A DNA stretch of 64,000 bases, from NCBI GenBank assembly GCA_951406725.2, contig OX597835.1:23002001-23066000 (forward strand). Direction: 5' to 3'. Of this stretch, positions 37,685 through 50,827 are shown piece by piece. Each line of letters opens with the position of its first letter. Position 1 is the stretch's first letter. The notes beneath the pieces are model-generated. The model worked only from the letters and a program-made list of their open reading frames with translations. It was not told the DNA's origin and did not search any database. Position numbers and translations under genes: made by a program. The DNA is from Octopus vulgaris (Eukaryota).

Positions 37685-38953
37685 CAGTTGGGAAAGTACA
37701 GCTCTTGACCCTAAATTACATTAAAAACTAAATATATAAAACAAACCTCCCATCTGTTCTGGGAAGCATGTTTATCTCTGCTTCAAGCTTTGACTAATAT
37801 GCTATCTTTCTCCCACTCCTGCTTTTACACTTACAATGAACTTTGACCTCTAGATAGATATACCAAACCTGTACCCACCCTCTGACCCACTCAGTACAAT
37901 CACTTCTCCCTCCCTCTGTAACCTTGCCCCATACTTTACAAAGACGAAACCTACTTCTTCCACAGCCATTTTTTGTAATGATCATTCTAGACCCAAATAG
38001 GCACATCTGATGAGTGTAGGTCTATCCAGACTTGCATGAAACTTTTAATTATGTAACAAATATTTACATACCCTCACTTGAAGGTGGTTCACCAAATGGT
38101 CCTGTTGTCATTGCAGTGTGATAGATTGTCTGCCTCAATGACCCTAAGAGCTATGCCAGCAGAGCACAAGCTCTTGCTTGCCCCCGACCCCCAGCCCTGC
38201 CCCATGCTGAATAGATCAAAGGATAGAAGCAAGATTAATATGGTCTGCCCTTTCTAAGAGGTAAAAACAGGTTTACATAGAGCTAACACCTTGAAGAAAA
38301 CGAGGTTAGAGAAGCATTAATGGTAATTCTGAACCTGAGAGAAGGCCTTCCCTTGCAGAAACATGAAGTGGGTGCAGCAAAATCTGAGCACCCCATGGGT
38401 GGGGGAAGCTGTTGTCTGCTGTGCTACCTGGTTGAGTTAATGAATGAAAATATGTTTGTTGGGCAACAATGAAGAAGTGACTGAACAACACCTGCAAAAT
38501 GTTTGTCTTTTCTGTTTTACTTGTTTCAGTCATTAGCCTGTGGCCATGCTGGAGCATTGCTTTAAAGAAATTTTAGTCAAATGAATTTGACCCCAGGACT
38601 TATTTTTTGAAGCCGGATACTAATTCTGTTGGTCTCTTTGTCAAACCAAGTTACAGGGATGTAAACACACCAACATCAGTTGTCAATCAGAGGTGGAGAA
38701 CAAACAAGAACACACACACATAATGAGCTTCTTTCAGTTTCCGTTTACCAAATCCACTCACAAGGTTTTGGTCAGCCCAAGGTTATAGTATAAGACACTA
38801 ACTAGTCCAAAGTTCCATCCAATAGGACTGAACCTAGAACCATGTGGTTTGGAAGCAAACCTCCTACCTCAGAGCTGCACATGTGCCTATAACAGATTTT
38901 ACTATTGCACATGAAGACAAACTACATTGGCCTTTTACAGTTAACAACAGTAA

Positions 38954-39335
38954 TCTCTCTCTATATAAACGGCAGTTTGTCTGTGTGCGCGTCTGTGTGT
39001 CTGTTAGGTTGTACCCTCACCCTGACCACGGCTTTCAACCGATTCTGATGAAACTTGACACACACATAGCCCAATGTCATAATTCAAAACTAACGCAGCG
39101 AAAATTTTGAAAAGTTCCCCCAGTTCTGAAAAAATCGATAAATTCGACATGGGGTCGAGAATCAGAAACACAAACCACAGACTATCTAGGGGATGCAACT
39201 CGACCTTTTTAACTCTCAAAAAAATTTACCCTCATTTTTTTCCCATGTTTTTGCTATTTTTTGGCTATAACTCTCTAAAAATGCTTTATTGTTATTTCCC
39301 TTACAAACCCGAGCAACGCCGGGCTATACTGCTAG
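38954..39335 (+). mobile_element. Non-autonomous Helitron
   Basis: A|TC start, subterminal hairpin CCCGAGCAACGCCGGG, CTAG|T end. Confidence 0.8.
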
Positions 39336-39598
39336 TAATTACATATTGAGAGAGATATACTACTCGGAGTTTCATGGTAAGCCATTGATTCAGCAATACG
39401 TGGCTTGCATACCATGACTGGAAACAGTTGTGCTACATTCCTCTCATCTATCTGCACCATCTGCCTTCGCTGCTTTCCTGGGTTGTCTGGTTATTTCTGA
39501 GTGAAATGTCACCAAATGCTGTTCAGTAGAGCTGTTGTTGAGTTGCTATTGTAATCACTAATGTCAATGCTCACCAATTGTCAGATTGTTGCAAGACT

Positions 39599-40047
39599 TT
39601 AACCCTTTTAGTACCAATCCAGCTGAAACTGCCTCAATAGTACAAATATTTTGTTTTCAGAAATTCTGAATTAAAAATCTTCCACCAACCTTAGTCACAA
39701 TTTATGTTCCTAACAATAGCTTAACCCTTTTGTTACTGTATTTATTTTGAGATGCTCTGTGTTTCTTTTAATTACTTTAAATATAACAAAGAATTTAGTA
39801 AAATAACTTATTTATTATTCAGCTAGTGTTAGGAACATAAATTGTGACTAAGATTTAGTGGAAGATTTTAATTCAGAACTTATGAAAATAAGACATTTGT
39901 ACTACAGAGCCAGAGGTGGTTTCAGGCCGGTTAGTATCAAAAGGGTTAACGATAACAAAGTTATTTTACTAAATTCTTTGTTATATTTAAAATTAATTGA
40001 AAGAAACACAGAACATCTCAATAGAAATATGGTAATAAATGGTTTAA
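39599..40047. mobile_element. piggyBac-like MITE with an inverted same-family copy nested at a TTAA (39721-39948)
   Basis: TTAA-CCCTTT...AAAGGG-TTAA ends; host sequence resumes after the nested copy. Confidence 0.75.
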
Positions 40048-40391
40048 ATCCCAGTCATATTCTCATTGAAGATGGTTCCCCCTTAATGGGAATAATCCAT
40101 CAAACACTGAAACTAACAAAATCAGCTAATGAGCGGAACCTTTATATGGTCATTCAACTAGGTAGAAATATCAGCTGAATCTCACTCAAATCACACTCCA
40201 CTGTCTTAAACAAGACAAGATACGTTAACACTTGACATCGCTAAAACAGATGGGATGGGCACAGCTGGAAAGCCTTTCATCACAGATTTGCTAGATGAAG
40301 GTCGAAATCAGGGTTGACATAGCAGTAAACAACAACAACAACAACAACCAATATTACAAATAAAAAATACAAAAACAACTGAACTAGTTAC

Positions 40392-40503
40392 CTGTTAAAA
40401 AGTTCTCGGTTGTGACTCGTATTTGAGAGCCATCAGAAGGAAACATCGTGTAACATTTGCTGGTTAGTTTTATAAGGTTGTCGTCCAGCTTGTAACCTGA
40501 AAA
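40392..40503 (-). CDS. SPAG17: SPAG17-like exon 9 (FSGYKLDDNLIKL...MFPSDGSQIRV...)
   Basis: tttacag acceptor, G|gtaac donor, phase 0 to 1; FxGY...PSDGxQI motif. Confidence 0.92.
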
Positions 40504-41413
40504 CTGTAAAAGTGAACGCTGCAACAAAACTATTGTAAGACGAGTGCCACCAATCATATTATAGGTGATATTAGGAATCTACAATTTTGCCATTTCAGGT
40601 AACGTTATCCCAAGTATAATAACTGGCATCTGTGTCAATGGCACGTAAAAAGCAACTGTTCCACTCTTGGAGTGGTTGGCATTAGAAAGGTCATCCAGGT
40701 GTAGAAACCATGTAAAACCAGAATGGAACCTGGTGCAGCCCCAGGGCTTATTTCTTGAGTCTAGTACTTATTCTACCAGGCTCTTTTGCTGAAATGCTAA
40801 GTAATCAGGACAACAGTTGTCAAGCAGTGAAGATGGGGACAAATACAAAGACACACACACACATATATGACAGGTTTCTTTCAGTTTCCATCTACCAAAT
40901 CCACTTGCAAGGTTTTGGTTGGCACGAGAGTATAGAAGATACTCGCCCAAGGTGACACACAGTGGGACTGAGTCTGGAACCATGTGGTTGAAAAGCAAGC
41001 TTCTTACCACACAGCCATGCCTATGTGTGTGTGTGTGTGTGTGTGGTTTATCAATCCTGAAATGAGGGAGCGCAAAGACGACCCAGGCAGAATTTGAACT
41101 CAGAATGTAAAGACAGATGAAATGCTACTAAGCACTTTGTCCAGCATGCTAACAATTCTGCCAGCTTACCACCTAATAATAATAATAATCTCTTCTACAA
41201 AAGGCACAAAGCCTGAAAATTTGGGGGAGAGCAACTAGTCAGTTAATTCCACCCCAGTGTTCCACTGGTACTTAATTTATCAACCCCGAAAGAATAAAAG
41301 GCAAAGCTGACTTCAGCGGAATTTGAACTCAGAACATGAAGGCAGCTGAAATACCACTAAGCATTTCACCTGGCATACCAAACAATCTGGCAAGCTCACC
41401 ACCTTATATACAC

Positions 41414-41445
<32 letters not shown>

Positions 41446-41682
41446 TAATTCTTTTTTATTGGCCACAAGGGCTGACACGCATGATTTGAAACATGAAGGG
41501 ACAAGACAGAACGAAAGGTTACAAAGGGTTTTGTCCGTTTTTGTAAAAAAATCCGTGTAAAAAAAAAATAATAATAATAATAATCCTTTCTACTAAAGGC
41601 ACAAGCCTGAAATTTGGGGGAAGGGGACTAGTCAATTACACATAGACTGATGGCAAGACGCCTTGTATAAAGGGATACTTAC

Positions 41683-41835
41683 AGGTAATTCAGGTTTGTC
41701 AGGGTCCGGTTCAATGAGACTGGAATGCATATCATACAAACTGTCATCATACATTGACTTGAAACGACCTATTCTGGGAGTTTTGAGACTACAACGAGAC
41801 ATGACCCTTTTCTCTTTGTCAGGTGATTTATCTTG
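41683..41835 (-). CDS. SPAG17: SPAG17-like exon 8 (QDKSPDKEKR...PDKPELP)
   Basis: tttcag acceptor, CCT|gtaagt donor, phase 0 to 0. Confidence 0.82.
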
Positions 41836-41916
41836 CTGAAACATAGCAGGCATGCATATAGACACAGGCTTTAGCAGCACATAAAAATATAATAGTCACA
41901 TGTATTATATACGAGC

Positions 41917-41949
<33 letters not shown>

Positions 41950-41983
41950 CATGTATATGTGTGTGTGTGTGCGTGTAGATATA

Positions 41984-43360
41984 TCATCATCATCATTTAA
42001 CGTCCGTTTTTCCATGCTGGCATGGGTTGGATGGTTTGACAGAGGAGTGGCAAGCCAGTAGGCTGCACCAGGCTCCAATCTGATCTGGTAAGGTTTCTAC
42101 AGCTGGACGCCCTTCCTAACACCAACCACTCTGAGAGTGTAGTGGGTGCCTTTTACATGCCACTGGCATGAGAGCCAGTCAGGCGACACTGGCATCAACC
42201 AAGTTTGGTTGGTGCTTTTTACATGCCACCAGCACGGGGGGGGGGGGGCTAGTCAGTTTGCACTGGCATCGGCCACGACTACAATTTCACTTGACTCAAC
42301 AGGTCTTCTCGAGCACAGCATATTGTCCGATGATTGAAGGGAACTCTTAAATGGGCCAGTTATGTGACACTGGTATCGGCCACAGCTGTGATGTCACTTT
42401 GCTTGCTGAGTCTTCTCAATCACCCCATATCTTCAAAGGTCTCGATCTCTTGTCATTGCCTCTGTGAAGCCCAATGTTCGAAGGTCGTGCTTCACCACCT
42501 CATCCCATGTCTTCCTGGGTCTACCTCTTCCACAGGTTCCTTACACTGTTAGGGTGTGACACTTCACACAGCTGTCTTTGCCCATGCACAGCACATGACC
42601 ATACCAGTGCAGTCATCTCTCTTGCACACCACATCTGATACTTCATACATCCAACTTTTCTCTCAAGGCACTTATACTCTGTTGAGTATGCACACTGACA
42701 TTACACATCCAGCGGAACATTCTAGCTTCAATTCTTTTAAGCCTACACATATCCTCAGCAGTCATGGCCCGTTTCACTGTCATGTAGCATGGCTGTTCGT
42801 ACACATGCATCATACAGTCTACCTTTCACAACTTTGCCCTGGCTATTCTTATACTAGCTTGGTCACCTAGGTAGCAGAAGCTAGCAACTACTACTAGTTT
42901 CTCCCCCTGGCATGTGATGGAGTCTGTTTTCTGAGCATCTGTGATGTTTATTGCCCCTGTGCATCCTCCACACATAAAAACTATCTTCCCAGTTAACCTT
43001 CGTTTGATATTGCTGCACCTCTTATACATCCATAGCTTACACCGGGTACATCTTATGGAGTTTCTACCTATACCTTTTCTACAGATTGAGCAGGGCCATC
43101 TACTTGAGGGGGTTTGTGATTTGTCTGCCTTCCTACTTACAAGGACTTTGGTTTTTGCTAGACTGACTCTAAAGCCCTTTGATTCTAGACCTTGCTTCCA
43201 CACCTAGTTCTGATAGTGAATCAGCTACTAGAGCAAGGTCATCAGCATAGAGGAGCTCCCAGAAGTAACCTGTCTTGAATTCTTCTGGTATTGCCTGGAG
43301 GACTATGATGAAAAAGATGGGGCTGAGGACTGATCCTTGGTGAACCCCTACTTCTAACCG
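41984..43360 (-). mobile_element. RTE-type LINE remnant: RT, Cys-rich PHD-like insert and (GAT)n tail
   Basis: GVHQGSVLSP...LYADDL, WPCSICRKG...CTRCKLW...C; frameshifted. Confidence 0.85.
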
Positions 43361-43593
43361 GGACCTTATGAGTTGGCGTGACTTGAGGTCATTTGCTTGC
43401 AATCTTGTGTGCAAACATATCCAGAAAAGGGGAAAATATCCGTTGGGGAATGAGTCAGTGTTGGGAACAGGAAGAGCATCCAGCCATAGAAAATCTGCCT
43501 GAACTCGTTTCATCTGACCCATGCAAGCATAGAAAAGCAGATGTCGAAATGATGACACACACATTCATTTACTTGAAGAGAAAAAATTCTTAC

Positions 43594-43748
43594 TCTTGGT
43601 GGAGATTTTCGTTTCTTCTTGTCCTTATCAAGCTCGTCAACCTTCATTACATGTTCTTCCTTCTTGGAAGCCTTGAGAGAATGGGGCCTTGTAAATTGAT
43701 CTTCATCGAATATGGATTTAGATTGCTCAGAATTTACATTGGAAACCA
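43594..43748 (-). CDS. SPAG17: SPAG17-like exon 7 (VSNVNSEQ...FTRPHSLKA...KSPPR)
   Basis: gttag acceptor, AGA|gtaag donor, phase 1 to 0; FxRxxSLKA motif. Confidence 0.85.
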
Positions 43749-43784
43749 CTAACACAGAAAAATGAGAAAAGCAGAAGCCAACTG

Positions 43785-44240
43785 TAACCCCTTTAGCATT
43801 TAATCTGGCCATATGTGGCCCAAATATTATACTTGTTTTATGTATAAACTGGCCAGATCCTGCCTCTCACATCTAACCTATAATGTCATTTGGAAAATAT
43901 ACAATCACGTCATCAAAATCTCAACACTACAAAATCATAAATGACTAGGTGAAAACAATGTTAACCCTTTCGTTACCATATTTCTGTTGAGATGCTCTGT
44001 GTTTCTTTCAATTATTTTAGACGTAACAAAGAATTTAGTAAAATAACTTCATTATCATTAAGCTAATGTTAGGAACATGAATTGTGACTAAGGTTTGCTG
44101 GAAGATTTTAATTCAAAATTTATGAAAAGACGACATTTGTACTACAGAGCCAGAGCCGGTTTCAGCTGGGTTGGTAACGAAAGGGTTAATTAATAATAGA
44201 CATTACGTTTGACAGAATAATGTGAATGCTAAAGGGTTAA
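43785..44240. mobile_element. piggyBac-like MITE (family 2) with nested family 1 copy (43961-44189)
   Basis: CCCTTTAGCATT...AATGCTAAAGGG-TTAA; further copies near 12404, 47358, 48167, 49590-50013, 50465 and 53285. Confidence 0.75.
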
Positions 44241-45041
44241 TGAACAATTAAGGAATAAATGTGAATGCTAAAGGGTTAATGAACAATTAAGAATAAGTAA
44301 TTTATTCCTTAAATAGTCGGAAGCAATGAAAGGAAGGAGACACGAGTGAGGTTAACCCTTTTGGAATACCATCATGTTAACCCTTTTGGAATACCATCAG
44401 GTTAACCCTTTTGGAATACCATCAGGTTAACCCTTTTGGAATATTACCCACAAGGGGCTAAACATAGAGGGGACAAACAAGGACAGACATAGGTATTAAG
44501 GTGATTACATTGACCCCAGTGCAAAACTGGTACTATAGTGATATAGTGATATCACTATATCACTATTGATATAGTGATAGTGATGATCATAGTAGAGTGA
44601 TGGTGATTCAGGAATGGTGATGATAATGGGGTGATAATCATGATGATGATGATGGGGGGGTGATCTGTCTGTCTGGTCTACTACTACAATAACAGTCTCT
44701 GCTCTGAACTTCCTAGGTTGCACATCACCCTATCCCACCTCTCCTCATCCTTCTCACTCGTGTCCCCTTCCTTTCATTGCTTCCGACCATGCCACAACCT
44801 CAATTCTCATCCTTCCTCTCACTAATCAATTACCAAATGTTTCCAAAGAGTGAATCCTGGAGAGTTCCCATCTTCCCTAAATTTATTATTATTACCATCA
44901 ACATCAACTTACAGATGTAAAAGCTCAAAAAGAAACTTGCATTGATCTCACCAATCTTAAGAACTCTCAAGGTCATAATCACAAACTGACCCCATTCTAG
45001 CAAATGAAGCATCAAAATGGAAAAGATACAAAATTACTTAC

Positions 45042-45238
45042 GTTCTTTCTTTTTTAGCACCTTTTTGTCGTCAAGTGAGTGTCTGTTCTCTACTCTATCA
45101 ACTTTAAAATACTCACTCACAACTGTTTGTTGTTCCAGCAACTTCAGTGCTTTCTCTTCTTTTAGCTGCTCCAGTTCCTTTTTATCTTCTGCCAAGGACC
45201 ATTCTTTGATTTCATCAGCAACATAAAACATGAAGTTC
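45042..45238 (-). CDS. SPAG17: SPAG17-like exon 6 (NFMFYVADEIKEWSLAE...KKKE)
   Basis: tttacag acceptor, C|gtaagt donor, phase 2 to 1. Confidence 0.88.
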
Positions 45239-45296
45239 CTGTAAACAGCAGAGTTCAACTAAAATAATAGCTTTTAGTGAATTTCCCGCCTCCGTC

Positions 45297-45342
<46 letters not shown>

Positions 45343-45359
45343 TTTCTGTTCCTGTATCT

Positions 45360-45709
45360 CAGAGTTTCTCAACGATTTTTTTATCTATCGACCCTTTCGA
45401 TTATTATTTAATTCTGGTGGACCCCCATAGCCATTCAACCTTTAAAGACTAGTTTTATAGAAACTTCTTTCAAAATCCCTATTTTGTTTCCCACACATTC
45501 CCTTGTTTAAGTTGAACTATGTAAAATGTTAGAGAAAGAAACCCAGCTGTTTCTTGCAATACATACCAATTCTTACATCTAAAGCAAAATTTTTTGGGGA
45601 ACCATTAAACTACTATTGTGGATCCCCAATTTACTATTTTGTTGCATGGGCCCCCAGAAATCTTACATGGACCATCAGGGGCCATATAGACCCCAACTGA
45701 GAACCACTG
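45360..45709. mobile_element. hAT-like MITE
   Basis: CAGAGTTTCTCAAC...CTGAGAACCACTG termini. Confidence 0.6.
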
Positions 45710-46805
45710 CTAAATCCCTATTCTCTCTCATATTCTCCATATACCCTGACTTCATATCTCTTTCTCTTTCTCCCTTTCCAGGTGGAAAAGGCATATATTC
45801 ACCTCTTCACCAAGACACTTGTTCCCTTCCCTCTATTATACTTTCACAACTCTCAATACTATGTCCTGCTCCGTAGAGGGCTCTTGTCTTGCAAATACTT
45901 GGTGACATTACAAGTGTTGGTGCCATGAAAAAAAAAAGCACCCCGTACGTCATCGTCGTCACTGTTTAACAGGAGCCAGCCAGGTAGAAGACTACCCCAG
46001 GCTACTGTGTCTGTTTTGGCATGGTTGGATGCCCTTCATAACACCAACCACCCTGTAAAGTGGATCAAATGCTTTATATGTGGTACCAGAACAAGCAAGG
46101 TCAGTTTTGGCAGGGTTTTTACAGCTGGATGCCCTTCCAAATGCCAACCACTTCAGTGTGGACTGGATGCTTTTTACGTGGTACCAGCACCGGCAGGGTC
46201 ACCAAGTAACTTGCAAGACAAGGAATTTTGAGAGGGGTGGAGGGCATTGGAGGATTTGATCTTGTATCAGATGATGAAAGGTTAGAGTGGTTAGCATTAA
46301 GAAGGGCATCCAGCCGTAGAAACTAAGTCAAAACACATGACTGGAACCTGGTACGGCTTTGGTCGAACCATCCAATCCATGCCAGCATGAAAAACAGACA
46401 TTAAAGGATGATGGTGACAATGATGATGATGATGATGTTCATAGGATATCTCTTCAACCCAATAGGGTTCAGGCACTCAGTACACACACTTTGAAATGTA
46501 GAGAAAAAAATCCTTGAAAGATTGATGAGTGACAACTGTTGACCACATTGGTGAAAGTTTGACCATGGAGGAGAATGCTTGACCACAGTGGATAATGAAT
46601 ACAATGGTGAATGCCTGATCCCAGTGATAGCTGTTTGACCACAGCAGTGAATGCTTAACTCAGTACCCCAACCTCATCACTTAGTCACTGTCCCCTCTTT
46701 ACATTTCTTACTAAAACCTTTCAGAGCACATTGGGAATCATTGTTTTAGACCCATTTCTTATGCACCTCTTTTGGAATACCATCGTGTTAACCCTTTTGG
46801 AATAC

Positions 46806-47036
46806 CTATTTCTTTATTACCCACAAGGGGCTAAACATAGAGGGGACAAACAAGGACAGACATAGGTATTAAGGTGATTACATTGACCCCAGTGCGAAAC
46901 TGGTACTTATTTAATCGACCCCAAAAGGATGAAAGGCAAAGTCGACCTTGGTGGAATTTGAACTCAGAACGTAACGGCAGACGAAATACGGCTACGCCTT
47001 TCGCCCAGCATGCTAACGTTTCTGCCAGCTCGCTGT
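46806..47036 (-). mobile_element. SINE family B inserted into the 25-bp tandem array
   Basis: Array units on both sides. Confidence 0.8.
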
Positions 47037-47362
47037 CTTTTGGAATACCATCATGTTAACCCTTTTGGAATACCATCATGTTAACCCTTTTGGAATACCA
47101 TCATGTTAACCCTTTTGGAATACCATCATGTTAACCCTTTTGGAATACCATCATGTTAACCCTTTTGGAATACCATCATGTTAACCCTTTTGGAATACCA
47201 TCAGGTTAACCCTTTTGGAATACCATCAGGTTAACCCTTTTGGAATACCATCAGGTTAACCCTTTTGGAATACCATCATGTTAACCCTTTTGGAATACTA
47301 TCAGGTTAACCCTTTTGGAATACCATCATGTTAACCCTTTTGGAAACCATTATGTTAACCCT
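47037..47362. repeat. 25-bp tandem array ccttttggaataccatcatgttaac, about 13 copies (also 46768-46806 and 44352-44441)
   Basis: Direct inspection. Confidence 0.9.
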
Positions 47363-47467
47363 AAACTGGCCATATCCAGCCTCTCATACCAACCCTACAA
47401 TGCCATTCTAAAATAAAAAAACACATCATTGAAATCTCAAAGTTATGAAATAATGCAGGATTAATCT

Positions 47468-47790
47468 GAAGGTGCATGGCTCAGTGGTTACAGCGGTGAG
47501 CTCACAATCATGAGGTAGTGAGTTCGATTCCTGGACTGGGCATTGTTGTGTTCTTGAGCAGTTTAATCAGCTGTGAAAATGAGTAGTGATGTCACTGGTG
47601 CCAAGCTGTATCAGCCTTTGCCTTTCCCTTGGATGACATCAGAGGCATGGAGAGGGGAGGTTGGTATGCATGGGTGACTGCTGGTATGCATGGGTGGCCG
47701 CTGGTCTTCCATAAATAACCATGCCCAGACTTGTGCCTCGGTGGGTAACTTTCTAGGTGCAATTTCATGGTCATTCATGAACGAAGGGGA
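47468..47790 (+). mobile_element. Older family C-related SINE with a different 3' tail (also about 30158-30735 + and 15137-15425 -)
   Basis: tRNA head, CORE-like tgtgttcttgagca, tail ending ggtcattcatga. Confidence 0.7.
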
Positions 47791-48391
47791 TTTTTACCTT
47801 GTTTTTTACCCAATCTGAAACAATATGAATAAATAAGCATTACATTTCTAATCTGAATTTAGCATTCAGGGTAATCTGATTGCTAAAGGATTAAAGCTTT
47901 CAATTCTACACGTTTCCTTTCCAAATACCAACCAGAATCACTAACCCTCACTTGGTTATTCCTGTATTCCCACTCATGACAATCACCAGTCTGGTGTAGG
48001 GCAGAATGGGGGTTGAAAAGGCTAATTGCACTGTATTCCAGCTTTTCAGAGAAACAAACAAAATAAAGAAGGGGAGAACATGTATATGGTTGCCTGACTT
48101 GCAAGAAGTAATAGTCAAATCTTGTTTAAATTGCATCCATCTTAAATATGGAGAAACAAGGCACATTAACCCTTTAGAATTTAAATGGCCATATCTGGCC
48201 AAAATATTCTACCCTTCTTATGTTGAAACTGCCTATCACACCTACCCTACAATATTGTCTTAAAATTTAACAATCATATCTTTAAAGTTTCAAAACTATG
48301 AAATAATGCATGATGAATTCAAAGCAATGTAAATAAAAAGTAAGTATAACAATGCTAAACAGTTAAATAATGTAGTCTTTAATATATTTTT

Positions 48392-48780
48392 GTGGAGGCG
48401 CAATGGCCCAGTGGTTAGGGCAGCGGACTCGTGGTCATAGGATCGCGGTTTCGATTCCCAGACCGGGCGTTGTGAGTGTTTATTGAGCGAAAACACCTAA
48501 AAAAGCTCCACGAGGCTCCGGCAGGGGATGGTGGTGATCCCTGCTGTACTCTTTCACCACAACTTTCTCTCACTCTTACTTCCTGTTTCTGTTGTACCTG
48601 TATTTCAAAGGGCCGGCCTTATCACTCTCTGTGTCACGCTGAATATCCCCGAGAACTACGTTAAGGGTACACGTGTCTGTGGAGTGCTCAGCCACTTACA
48701 CGTTAATTTCACGAGCAGGCTGTTCCGTTGATTCGGATCAACAGGAACCCTCATCGTCGTAACCAACGGAATGCTTCCAC
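48392..48780 (+). mobile_element. SINE family C
   Basis: Target-site duplication aatatattttt. Confidence 0.85.
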
Positions 48781-48895
48781 AATATATTTTTACCCCAACC
48801 ACCGAAGATAATATTAGAATTGTCAGAATTGAACCATGTTTGATTATAGCTGGAGCTAAAATGGAAGAAGTGAAATGAGGAAATGTTAGACCCAC

Positions 48896-49050
48896 CTAAA
48901 TCCAATATTTGAATATAACTGGACATGCCATGTCTGTAAATTGAACAAGTCTTTGTTGTAAGGGTTGTCCAAAATTAAATACAGGCAGTCTTCCCTGATA
49001 TGATAATATTTAGTGTAGTGGGGCTGGTAGTACATAGCTTCAAACAGCAC
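48896..49050 (-). CDS. SPAG17: SPAG17-like exon 5 (VLFEAMYY...DCLYLILDNP...WHVQLYSNIGFR)
   Basis: tttcag acceptor, AG|gtggg donor, phase 0 to 2; resembles SPAG17 LLLVFHNP...LHSNVGFR; absent from the ORF track. Confidence 0.92.
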
Positions 49051-49091
49051 CTGAAAGTAAAGCAGATGGATCGATTAAATGTTTAATCCTT

Positions 49092-49580
49092 TAGTTAAGT
49101 TAGTTAGTTAAGTCAGTTAGTTAATTTTTTGGCTCAAAAAGCAAGGCCATGTAGGGGGACATGGAGTTATGTACAGGGTGGTGTTCATGGAAAGAGTTCA
49201 GGCCACTTGTGGTCAAGGGAGACTTTGAACCGAGTGGTCGTCGGCATCTTCACTATCTCATCCGGCAGCTTATTCCACGGATCCGCAACCCGGATGGAGA
49301 AAGCCCCTCTCCTTCGATTGAGATGAAATCGTCGCAGATAGAGCTTTTCGGAATGACCCCACAGCCGACACTCTGGAGCAGGAGTGAAGAACATCTCCTT
49401 TGAGAGGTTACACTTTCCGCTTATGATGTTGTGAGCAAGAATGAGATCACCACGGCGTCGTTGTTTTTCTAGAGAATAAAGGTCGAGCGTCTTCAGCCTT
49501 TCTTCATAAGACAAATTCTTGAGACCAAGAACCATGCGGGTAGCCAGCATCTGGACTCTTCCAAAATGCTGTACGTCTTT
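49092..49580 (-). mobile_element. CR1-type LINE 3' end
   Basis: LSYEERLKTLDLYSLEK.RRRGDL...GH..KL...FSIRV..PWNKLP; (TAAC)n tail. Confidence 0.85.
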
Positions 49581-50027
49581 GAGGAGATTTAGTATTTAAA
49601 CTGGTCATAACTGGCCCAAATATTCTACCTGTTTTATGTTCAAACAGGCCAGATTTGGTCTATCACACCTACTCCTCAATGTCATTCTAAAAATAGGCAA
49701 TCACATCATTGAAGTCTCAAAGCTATGGGATAATGCATGATTAATTGAAAACAATGTGAATAAACAAGTATTACATTTGACAGAGTAATCTGAATGCTAA
49801 AGGGTAAAATTAGTCATATCTAATCCAGATATTCTACTTGTTCCATGTTCAAACTGGGCCAGATCCAGCCTCTCACACCTACTCCAGAGTGTCATTCTGA
49901 AAGTCAACATCATCAAAATCCTGAAGCCACAAAATTATTGCATGAATAATTCAAAGCAATGTGAATAAATAAACATTACATTTGACTGTGTAATAGGAAT
50001 GTTAAAGGGTTAAACTAGGTTTAACTA

Positions 50028-50220
50028 GGCGCAGGAGAGGCTGTGTGGTAAGTAGCTTGCTTACCAACCACATGGTTCGGGGTTCAGTCCCACTGCGTGG
50101 CACCTTGGGCAAGTGTCTTCTACTATAGCCTCAGGCCGACCAAAGCCTTGTGAGTGGATTTGGTAGACGGAAACTGAAAGAAGCCTGTCGTATATATGTA
50201 TATATGTATATATATATATT

Positions 50221-50251
<31 letters not shown>

Positions 50252-50462
50252 GTGTGTATGTTTGTGTGTCTGTTTGTCTCCCTAGCATTGCTTGACAACC
50301 GATGCTGGTGTGTTTACATCCCCGTCACTTAGCGGTTCGGCAAAAGAGGCCGATAGAATAAGTACTGGGCTTACAAAGAATAAGTCCCGGGGTTGAGTTG
50401 CTCGACTGAAGGCGGTGCTCCAGCATGGCCGCAGTCAAATGACTGAAACAAGTAAAAAAAAA
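50028..50462 (+). mobile_element. SINE family A
   Basis: Full-length copy. Confidence 0.85.
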
Positions 50463-50827
50463 GACTAGCCATATCTAACTCAGATATTCTACCTGTTTTG
50501 TTTTCAAACTGGCAAGATATGGCTTCTCGCACCTACCCTACAATGTCATTCTAAAAATATACAATCACATCACAGAAATCTCAAAGCTACAAGATAATTG
50601 CATGATTAATTCAACACAACGTGAATAAATATTACATTTGACAGAATAATCTGACAACTAGGAAGTGCAAGGAGGAGTTGTCATTAAGACAACTGTAATC
50701 TTCCAGGTCAGAGATGGGATAATCTCAAGAATATATTGAAGTTAACAGTTATCTGAGGTGGTGAGGGCCAAAGCCAGGGCCAAGTGAAGCAGGAGGAAGG
50801 GAGGAATGCAGAATAAAAAGAGATTCT

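Noticed and set aside
48392-48466. tRNA-Arg gene
   Set aside because: It is the head of a multi-copy SINE with target-site duplication and no proper acceptor stem
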